This document shows, piece after piece, positions 9,991 to 17,952 of a stretch of DNA of 64,000 bases; the first letter of the stretch is position 1; every line of letters starts with the position of its first letter. Made by a program: the position numbers and the translations under genes. This DNA comes from Andalucia godoyi And28 (lineage: Eukaryota > Protista > Jakobida): NCBI GenBank assembly GCA_009859145.1, contig VRVR01000007.1:1-64000 (forward strand). The letters are read 5' to 3'. Below the pieces are notes generated by a model, which saw only the letters and a list, made by a program, of their open reading frames with translations, was not told where the DNA came from and made no database searches.

Positions 9991-11298
9991 TCACTGCTGT
10001 TTGCATTCGGGCTGTGATTGTCCCTGCTTGCCTTGTCCCTGCTTGCCTTGTCCCATCTGACCGGCCTTCTTGCCTCGTGGAATGGCTTCGACTTCTTCTT
10101 CTTCCTCCTCTTCCTCTTCTGCTTCGCCATTTTCGTCGGCGTCATCGTCTTCATCATCACCATCACCAAAACCCATGTGTCTTCCAAATCCGAAATCGTC
10201 TTCATCGTCTTCCGCTTCGCCAAGATAGAAAAGGACGGCTTCCGGAATCAGACGATACCTGATCTTCGTTCCAATGTCAAGATCCATCTCAAGAGCTTCT
10301 TCAATTTCATCAATCTCATCCTCATTTATCGCCTCCTCCTCTTCCGGCATCTGCGGAGGAGAGAAGAAATGGAAGAACGATTCGCAATCTTCTTCAATCG
10401 TCTTCATCTGCCCGCCAGCACCTCCACGACCGCCACGTCCGCCACGTCCTCCTCGCCCTCCGCGGCCCCCGCGACCCCCACGAGGATTTACAAGAACCTG
10501 AACAAGACGCACTGTGACATCCTTGCCGGGTCTCCAATGAATCTCACAGCCTTCTGTTTTCTCCAGTGTCGATGAAGAGTGTGCATCGTCGGTCATGTGA
10601 TACGTCTTGGTGAGCACAGTGTTTGTAAAGAATGGATTCTCTGCAAAAACAAACTCAAGACGGAAACTGGAGTCTTCTTCTTCATCCTTGGTGGTTGAAT
10701 CGGCGCCGAAATGACCGGTGACGCAACGGATATCGCGCAAGTAAGCAAGGACTTCTTCATCACGTTCTGTGATTTCCTCTGCCGTAGCCGAGAGATTCTT
10801 CATCGCGGTCACCCAAAACTCTGGAATTCCTTCAGCAATCACATTCGCACGCTTTTCCCACAACGGTGCATACAAGGCTTTGTATTTCCGCTCAATTGCC
10901 ATGGTTTCCTTCAGACATGCAGCATAGAGAGTCTCGTACTCTCCATGCAGCTCACGCAGGGACGTAACACAGCTATCCACATTCTTTGTATCCACACTAC
11001 TGGTTGTCGCTGCCGACGGCTCAGACATTTGCTCAAGCTTCGCGGACACCTCGCCAGCAAACCGAGTCTTTGGAGAATCAGACTGTTGTTCATCATCCGA
11101 CGCAAAGGGAGACGGACGAAGGAAAGAGCTCGTTGGAGTGTTGAACGGGGTCTTCAATTCTGCAGAATCTGCTTCTACGCGGCGCTTAAACTGAATGGGG
11201 ACTCCAGAAGCATTCGACGACGAGTTTGACGATTCCGTCGATTCCGTCTTGTTCAAATCAAGCTGCTCCATCTTCTCTTCGGGCTGGCTATTCGACAT
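9991..11298 (-). CDS. NAP1: Nucleosome assembly protein 1
   Basis: GIPEFWVTAM, FRLEFVFAENPFFTNTVLTKTY, GCEIHW, ESFFHFFSPP, acidic tail, terminal CKQQ. ATG at 11298; the track's upstream extension is probably UTR. Confidence 0.95.
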   Translation of the reverse strand: MSNSQPEEKMEQLDLNKTESTESSNSSSNASGVPIQFKRRVEADSAELKTPFNTPTSSFLRPSPFASDDEQQSDSPKTRFAGEVSAKLEQMSEPSAATTSSVDTKNVDSCVTSLRELHGEYETLYAACLKETMAIERKYKALYAPLWEKRANVIAEGIPEFWVTAMKNLSATAEEITERDEEVLAYLRDIRCVTGHFGADSTTKDEEEDSSFRLEFVFAENPFFTNTVLTKTYHMTDDAHSSSTLEKTEGCEIHWRPGKDVTVRLVQVLVNPRGGRGGRGGRGGRGGRGGRGGAGGQMKTIEEDCESFFHFFSPPQMPEEEEAINEDEIDEIEEALEMDLDIGTKIRYRLIPEAVLFYLGEAEDDEDDFGFGRHMGFGDGDDEDDDADENGEAEEEEEEEEEVEAIPRGKKAGQMGQGKQGQGKQGQSQPECKQQ

Positions 11299-11563
11299 TC
11301 TTTTCCACACAGAACTACTGGGAAAAGGACGAAACAGAAACGAAAAGAAAAAAAACAGAAGAACACAAAAGATCCGAAAAGAAAACCGGAAATTCCTGAA
11401 GAAAAGGGGAAAAGAGAAAAGGAATGAAGCCAGAAACCAGTGTTGTTGAAGGGTCGGTGGGGTTGGACGCATGATCAGCGAAAAAAATGAATCCAAACAG
11501 GATTTGCATGCGATTATGTGAGACATCGTGCCACAAAACAATTGGGGACTCTGGGCCCCGGGC

Positions 11564-11571
11564 TAGGGTTT
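11564..11571 (-). promoter_or_regulatory. Telo-box-like motif AAACCCTA upstream of NAP1
   Basis: TAGGGTTT on + strand, 266 nt upstream of the ATG; TGGGCC lies at 11552-11557. Confidence 0.35.
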
Positions 11572-12073
11572 TTATGTATGTAAAAATATATGCATGCATA
11601 TTTTTTTGGTTTCCCGCCTACATTGTACACTAACCGCGGATAATCATCGCTGATCATCCATAATCAATGCTGCAAACCAACAACATGCATAATGCAACGC
11701 GGCGGCGTGTGTAGAGGGGTTTCATGATCAAAGTGGGGGCGAAACGAATCGGGCATCGTGTGGCGGAGTTGTCTTTTACGTGCGCTTCAGATTGCTTCAT
11801 CATATCGCAATAAGTGGCAGCGGTGAGGGCAGATGAGAAAGCGTCCGAGCCAAATATCTCACCACATGCACACCATCGAGGATTTTCAAAACATCGAAAT
11901 GTACACCAATTGTACTCTACGCAAGAGTCTCATAAACGGACCAAGAAGCGGCCTCTGCGCCTTTGGGAACCTCTAACCTCAGCATCGAGTATTAACGAAT
12001 TGTTTGTAATTTTTGCAATTTAATTTTTTTTTAAAATAATAATGATAAAATATGTAAGCAGCTTGTTTTACTG

Positions 12074-13789
12074 TTAATTTCGGTTGTGAACAAGGTCACC
12101 AAAAGCATTGTCAAAGGACCGTTTGAGATCTGCAAAGGACGCAACAAGCAGATTTTGTCCATCTCGGCTCATCATACACACCTTTTCTTCCGAACTAGCA
12201 TCCAGCTTGTTCAAGCACTCGGTAATGTGCCCAAGATCCACTATTGGGTTGCCATTCTCATCGCACTGGTGAAACACGTAGTCGCGAAAGAGCTTGATCA
12301 GATATCGATCTCCCGTCTCTGCCCACTGCGCATCTCCTTCATGATCTGGACGCTCAGTGATCATGCACAGCTTGGATATCAAACGAAACAGCCTACCGTT
12401 CTCGATTTCCCGACTCATGTCACAGACGAGTGCATCGCTCACCGCCAACGCCTGGTCAGCATGCATGAGGATCCGATCGGAGATCATGTGAAACGCTTCG
12501 AAAACACTCTGCAACCGGCCGCTAGCCAGAGCAATGACAAATTCAACAAGCTGTGCAGAAAAGTCTCTTCGCATGCGCTCCACTAATTCCGACAAGAACT
12601 TGGAATACGACTCTCGAGATCCGCCAGACGTAATCATGGCCTCCGTTCCCGCATTGGTCCCCGTTGCCACCGACAGCAGCGTCGTTCCAATCTGCACCAG
12701 ATCCTCTCGCTGGGCATCCACAACAGAAACATGCTTGTTTGGCGCAAACAAATCACCGAAGCCGGCGCATGAAATGCGCACTCTAGCATTGGAAACGGAG
12801 AACGAAGATTGCTGGTGGTTACGATGATGCTGTTGCTGATGCTGGAGGAGATGGTGCTGGTGGTGGAGATGGTGCTGCGCAGCAGGCTGAGACTGAGGCT
12901 TGGATGCACCTGCCGACGATGAAAGCAAGGAGCAAGACGGAGAACCAAGATGCGACATGATCACTTTGGAAGGGCATAAGATCCGGCAAGCTCCTCCGGC
13001 CACATGGATCGCTCGGACGCCAGCAAGGAGTTGGCACGATATGGACCACAGCAACTCCTCGGTCACAGGGATTGCCGTCGCCGACACGGAAGCGGCAGTC
13101 TGCACAGCCGGGATGAAAAGCTCTTGCAATGTCCTCGCAAACGGATGCATTTCATAGATCAAACAGAGATCCAAGAGTTGGCTAGGGTTACCAGTAGGCC
13201 CACCAAAAGACGAGCCACTGGAGCCAATGGAATTCAAACCTGCCCCAGACAGAATATCCGTAGCATTGCCTTTGGATCCTGAAATGTCTGGGAATTCGGA
13301 AGTCAAAAACGCATCCACAAGGCGAACGACATTGGGATGACGAACCGTCCTCCAGAATTCCACAAGGGGGAACAACTGCATCTCCAGCTGAGATCGCATT
13401 CCGCTTATCCTTCTGAGAAATCGCATCTCGGCGCACTCTGCATCCACTGTTTTGTAGAGAGGGTGGCGAGAGAACATGTATCCCGGTCCTTGCTGCGAGG
13501 CGCTCATCTCCGGGGAACGAAGAACCAGCAAGGAATGGTAACGCCCGTGCAGAATATCAGGGAGTGGTGGATGTGTGGATTGAGGAGCACATGTGTGAAA
13601 TAGCGCCTTTTCAGCAAGCATTTGCGAACGAAGATCTTTGGAGGACCAGAACATGCGCGAATCTCGGTGCGGGGTGCAGCAATCCGATCCACCATTGACA
13701 TGCATTCCAGTCGACGTCGAAGTGGAGTCGACAGCGGACGCATACGACGGACCCGATGGTGCAGCGTATCCAGAACTGGGCCCGCCCAT
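12074..13789 (-). CDS. PAN3: PAN3 deadenylase-complex pseudokinase subunit
   Basis: Pseudokinase (HPNVVRLVDAF, EELLWSISCQLL) and knob domain WAETGDRYLIKLFRDYVFHQ...KLDA. ATG at 13789. Confidence 0.93.
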   Translation of the reverse strand: MGGPSSGYAAPSGPSYASAVDSTSTSTGMHVNGGSDCCTPHRDSRMFWSSKDLRSQMLAEKALFHTCAPQSTHPPLPDILHGRYHSLLVLRSPEMSASQQGPGYMFSRHPLYKTVDAECAEMRFLRRISGMRSQLEMQLFPLVEFWRTVRHPNVVRLVDAFLTSEFPDISGSKGNATDILSGAGLNSIGSSGSSFGGPTGNPSQLLDLCLIYEMHPFARTLQELFIPAVQTAASVSATAIPVTEELLWSISCQLLAGVRAIHVAGGACRILCPSKVIMSHLGSPSCSLLSSSAGASKPQSQPAAQHHLHHQHHLLQHQQQHHRNHQQSSFSVSNARVRISCAGFGDLFAPNKHVSVVDAQREDLVQIGTTLLSVATGTNAGTEAMITSGGSRESYSKFLSELVERMRRDFSAQLVEFVIALASGRLQSVFEAFHMISDRILMHADQALAVSDALVCDMSREIENGRLFRLISKLCMITERPDHEGDAQWAETGDRYLIKLFRDYVFHQCDENGNPIVDLGHITECLNKLDASSEEKVCMMSRDGQNLLVASFADLKRSFDNAFGDLVHNRN

Positions 13790-14350
13790 TTGCCCGGGAA
13801 AGTGTCTTGAAGCCTGAGACTGAACGTGCACACACGAATTATACGAAAACAGATTAGACAGAATGCATACCAGGGATACAACAAAAGAGAACAATTAAAC
13901 TATATATAAGGAAGCGTCTGTTTTGTTGCTTGTCCGTTTGCTTTGAAAATTGGTCTGAGACATACCTTGTAACCCTGGTGAGCCGCTCCTCCTCGACGGC
14001 CATGTCCTCCACGCCCACCAAACATCTTTACAGAGCCCCTGAACAACCTGTCAAGCCAACACGCGCACTCACACTTACGCTCACTGAGGTGCTGTTCTTT
14101 CGTGACAGAGGAAAAGAAAACAATCTGGAAAAGACGACATGAAACCCGGAATAATTTTTGCGACCAAATATCTCCACGGACCTCAATTGATGCATCACTC
14201 CGTTTTTTCCCTCTCTCTCTCTCTCTCTCTCTCTTCTTTGTTTCACCAGTGCAAGATGAACGGGACTGAAAAAGCAAAGAGGTGCGTTGAAAGGAACGTG
14301 TCTGGAAAGGTGTGTAATGTGCTAACGGGACTGTCAAAGTTGTGCTATCA

Positions 14351-16150
14351 ATGGATGAAATCGATCGGTACTTTAAAAGCCGGAGTTATCTTCCTCCTTT
14401 TAGAACCCGAAATGTGTACAGCATTTTGTCGCAGGATGCGGATTCCGCGGATTTTCAGATTCTCAACTGGGACATACTGACAAAGCGCATCCAGGGGATT
14501 GTGAACAGAGTCAACTGTGCGCTTTTCAAGCGACTGGTTGCAGAGGCATTCTCAGTAAATATTGTCCGGGGAAGAGGAATCTTGGTGTCTGCATTGATGA
14601 AGACTCAACAGAGGTCCCCGTCGTTTTCAGCGATCTTGTCTGCGTTTGTCGCAGTGCTGAATTCACGCATACCCCAAATTGGAGAGCTTCTTCTCACTCG
14701 CTTAGCACTACTTATCCGACGGTCCCTCAGGGAGAAGGATCACTATGCTTTGAAAACGTCGGCTGTTTTCGCGGCACAGCTGCTGAATTTCAAGGTTTGC
14801 CACGAAATATTGATTCTGCAGGTCATTCGCGCGCTTGTTGAAACAAAAGATGATCGAAACCTCCAAATCTGCCATCAGGTCATTCTGCAGTGCGGCTATG
14901 TGCTGTCCGAATCTTGTCCTCGTGGATTGGATGTCGTATTCGACTTGTTCCGAACATCGCTGCAAGAGGGCCTTCTCGCTCCCCATATCTCTGTTCTTTT
15001 CGAAGAGCTGTTTCAAAAGAGGAAAGCCGGGTTCCCCGGGGGCCAGATGACGGAGGAATTGGATTTTCTTGACGAAGAAGACATCGTGATGCATGAGGTC
15101 AGCCTGGATGACGAATCCTTGTTGTGGAACTCCGGGTTGGATCGATATTCCTTTGATCCCCAATTTGCTCGGCATGAGGAGACGTGGCGCAGCATCTCCT
15201 CGGTGCTGCTTGGAGGTGCATTTGCGCATCCGGGAATTATCAAGAACGATCCCGAGGAGTTGACTCAGGAGGTTGCTAGGCATTCTGTCGCTCAGGACAC
15301 TCCTGCGGTTCCTCCGCCGCCACCTGCCGTCGAAGAACACACGAATCGCGCAAAAGCGGAATTGCGCAAACGAATATATCTTGTCATCAAGAGTTCCGTT
15401 AACTTCGAAGAAGTCGTACACAAGATTATGAAACTTCGTTTACCAAATTCCCAAATCGACGACGTTGTCTTCACCATCGTGGAGTGCTGCGGACAAGAGA
15501 AGACGTACTCGAGATTCTTTGGCTTGCTCTGCGAGAGGCTGTGTCTCGTCGATTCAGCGTACAAGAGCGCATTTGAGAGGGCGCTTCTTGAGCAGTATCT
15601 GGTTTCCGAGAGACTCCGGACTCCGCAGATCCGCAATATTGCCTCCCTGTTTTCCCATTTGCTGACGACGAAGATCTGCACGTGGGCCTGTCTTTCCAAT
15701 GTCCGGATATCCGAAGACTCCACAAATCCTTCCAAGCGTATTTTCTTGATGGTATTTTTCCAGACTGTTGCACAGGCAATGGGGTCTCCTCGCTTAATTG
15801 CTTCTTTACTCGACTTTCGAGAATCTCCGAAGAATCCTGGCAAAAAGTCTGCTTCCATTGATGGACTTGTTCCCCTGGACAACGCCAAGGACAACCGATT
15901 TTCCCGGAGTTTCTGGGATTCCATCCGACTTCCCGAAGTCGGGAAAGCCCTCCAAGGACACATTGTCGTGCCGGAAGACGGAAACGTTGCGGAGGAGAGA
16001 GAAAACGGAGACCAGGAGACGGGCGTGCATCCCTTTGGCAAACGAGCCCAAGCGGATCCGGGAGAAGTCGATTCCGATGCGTACGAATCGGATGACTCTT
16101 ACTCTCGTCGGAAGCGTCGCAGACTGAATCCAGGGGACGACACACATTGA
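14351..16150 (+). CDS. CWC22: CWC22 splicing factor (MIF4G + MA3), divergent
   Basis: YLPPFR, NWDILTKRIQGIVNRVN, NIVRGRGIL, LRKRIYLVIKSSVNFEEVVHKIMKL, ECCGQEKTYSRFFGLLCERLC. Confidence 0.92.
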   Translation: MDEIDRYFKSRSYLPPFRTRNVYSILSQDADSADFQILNWDILTKRIQGIVNRVNCALFKRLVAEAFSVNIVRGRGILVSALMKTQQRSPSFSAILSAFVAVLNSRIPQIGELLLTRLALLIRRSLREKDHYALKTSAVFAAQLLNFKVCHEILILQVIRALVETKDDRNLQICHQVILQCGYVLSESCPRGLDVVFDLFRTSLQEGLLAPHISVLFEELFQKRKAGFPGGQMTEELDFLDEEDIVMHEVSLDDESLLWNSGLDRYSFDPQFARHEETWRSISSVLLGGAFAHPGIIKNDPEELTQEVARHSVAQDTPAVPPPPPAVEEHTNRAKAELRKRIYLVIKSSVNFEEVVHKIMKLRLPNSQIDDVVFTIVECCGQEKTYSRFFGLLCERLCLVDSAYKSAFERALLEQYLVSERLRTPQIRNIASLFSHLLTTKICTWACLSNVRISEDSTNPSKRIFLMVFFQTVAQAMGSPRLIASLLDFRESPKNPGKKSASIDGLVPLDNAKDNRFSRSFWDSIRLPEVGKALQGHIVVPEDGNVAEERENGDQETGVHPFGKRAQADPGEVDSDAYESDDSYSRRKRRRLNPGDDTH

Positions 16151-16405
16151 TTCATTTGTATATATATGTATACCATCCCTGAGCAAATTCATTCTGCTCA
16201 AGATACTGAACCAGATGTTCACTTTTCCCTCGCGGACGAGGAGTCGACAACCAACAATTGTTTTTCTTTTCTTTTTGAAGAAAAATGTAAAACCCTCCGC
16301 TCGCCAAAGACATGAATCATTGATAATCATCGGCTAAGCTGTCATCGAAGACAGATCCAAGCCACGTGATTTTTGCTTCTGTAATTGAGGGCGAGCACCA
16401 ACTCT

Positions 16406-16519
16406 TCAATGCAGATTGCTCTGCATCAACGGGTCGTCGCAACCACGAGTTTCTTGGGTCTCGGTATCTTCGGGTATGGCCGGTTTGAGTTCGTCGGGAA
16501 GATCCCTCTTCGGAGCCAT
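16406..16519 (-). CDS. Possible 37-aa microprotein MAPKRDLPDELKPAIPEDTETQETRGCDDPLMQSNLH
   Basis: ATG GCT start after an AT-rich spacer, protein-like composition, no homology recognised. Confidence 0.3.
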   Translation of the reverse strand: MAPKRDLPDELKPAIPEDTETQETRGCDDPLMQSNLH

Positions 16520-16862
16520 GCGATGTTTTGTCCTTGATGAAAGGTGCTGCTGGAGGGATCGATTATAAATATATATTAAAAAGCACAAACAGCAGTAAAA
16601 AGAAAGAGAAGAAGGAAGAAATACTAGACTTGACTACGGTAGGAAAATCGTATTGTTTGATTAACGTTCATAAACAAAAAGCTTGTTAACCGTTTCCCGA
16701 TCCGCCAAAACTAAGGCTTGCATTTTCTCAATTGTATTTATTTTACTTTTTTTTTTTCTCTTTGCCAAATTTTATCGAAAAGGAAAGAAGAGAAAAAGAA
16801 GAAAACCAAAATCAGAGAAGGCGGAAAGGGGGAACAAAGGAGAGAAGCCCCCGGGATATTTG

Positions 16863-17837
16863 ATGGCGGAAGAAGGAGAGGATGTTGTGAGCGCTGTCTC
16901 ACTCACGGCTGAGATGGTAGGCGAGAGGCTGTCCGACTTAAAGATGGTTCGCGGCAAGCTGGATTGGGCGTTTACTCGTGTTTCGCTACGGGAACTGAAT
17001 ATCAAGGATGTTGCTGGGCTCAAAACGTTTCCGTATTTGCAGGTGATTGATGCGTCAAAGAATGCTGTTTCTGATCTCTCTGGAATCGTGTCCAAGGACC
17101 TAAAGTCTCTTAATGTGTCTGAAAACTCGTTGGAGAATCTCTCGTCGCTGCAAGGGTTGCCTGCTTTGGAGGTTTTGGAAGCCCGACAAAACAAAATTGG
17201 CGCGTTCATCGGCGCAACGTTTCCAAGTTGCAGAAAGCTGAATGTTTCAAATAACAAGCTGCTCAATCTGCAGGGCGTCGGTGCACAGTTCCCGGCTCTT
17301 CAGTCGCTGGAAGTGAACCAAAACGGACTGCAGAGTATCGCTGGGCTGCAGGCTTGTCAGTCCCTTGTATTCTTGTCTGCGAACGAAAATGAAATCGCTG
17401 CGATTGACTCGAAGGAGTTTGTCCCAAGTCTTGTGGAAATCTGTCTTGCAAAAAATAAGCTCGTGTCGCTGTCGACACTCGCAGCTGCCAGCCTGCCCAG
17501 TTTGCAACGACTGGACTTGTCGGAGAACCTCGTGGAGGACATCAAAGAACTGCGTCACTTGCAATCGCTTGGTGCACATTTGGTCGAGCTGCGTCTTGTA
17601 GGAAATCCGCTGACGTCCTCCGGTACGTACAGGTCGGACGTTCTGCTGGCCATTCCGCTGTTGAAGAAACTGGACGACGAGGAAGTCACCGAAGATGATC
17701 GAGTTGCTGCAAAGGAATTGAAGGCACAGCGCGCAGAAGATGAGAAGAAAAGAGCTGAAGAAGAAGCCGCTGCTGCTGCCGAAGCCGCCGCCGCCGCCGC
17801 TGCTGCTGCTGCTGCGCCGAGTGACGCTTCCGAGTGA
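16863..17837 (+). CDS. SDS22-type leucine-rich repeat protein, LRRC23-like (probably axonemal)
   Basis: Tandem LxxLxLxxNxI repeats, LRR cap LRLVGNPL...YRSDVLLAIPLLKKLD; N-terminus resembles LRRC23 (AFTRVSLRELNIKDV). Confidence 0.75.
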   Translation: MAEEGEDVVSAVSLTAEMVGERLSDLKMVRGKLDWAFTRVSLRELNIKDVAGLKTFPYLQVIDASKNAVSDLSGIVSKDLKSLNVSENSLENLSSLQGLPALEVLEARQNKIGAFIGATFPSCRKLNVSNNKLLNLQGVGAQFPALQSLEVNQNGLQSIAGLQACQSLVFLSANENEIAAIDSKEFVPSLVEICLAKNKLVSLSTLAAASLPSLQRLDLSENLVEDIKELRHLQSLGAHLVELRLVGNPLTSSGTYRSDVLLAIPLLKKLDDEEVTEDDRVAAKELKAQRAEDEKKRAEEEAAAAAEAAAAAAAAAAAPSDASE

Positions 17838-17952
17838 CCGTTTAGCGAATGAAAATAAGAAATGAAAACATTGTCGCCTATCACCAGCGTCCACTCCTTC
17901 CATGATTGTTTGCTTTTCCTCATAGTTCAACGTATTTATTAATTTTACGTTT

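Noticed and set aside
11299-11541. Track N-terminal extensions of NAP1 and similarly LRRC23, CEP44, kinesin, CSL4 and S2P
   Set aside because: Phe-rich or repeat-derived translations of T-rich leaders beginning at non-ATG codons; downstream ATGs match conserved N-termini.
11765-11790. U5 snRNA loop 1 (GTCTTTTAC)
   Set aside because: Mismatch to GCCTTTTAC and no flanking stem.
16325-16380. U2 snRNA (GGCTAAG plus Sm-like ATTTTTG)
   Set aside because: No GTAGTA branch-recognition sequence or U2 5' end.
16465-16515. Two C(UUCG)G tetraloops on the plus strand
   Set aside because: They are the antisense of Pro-Glu and Pro-Lys codons in the minus-strand small ORF, with stems of only 3-4 bp.
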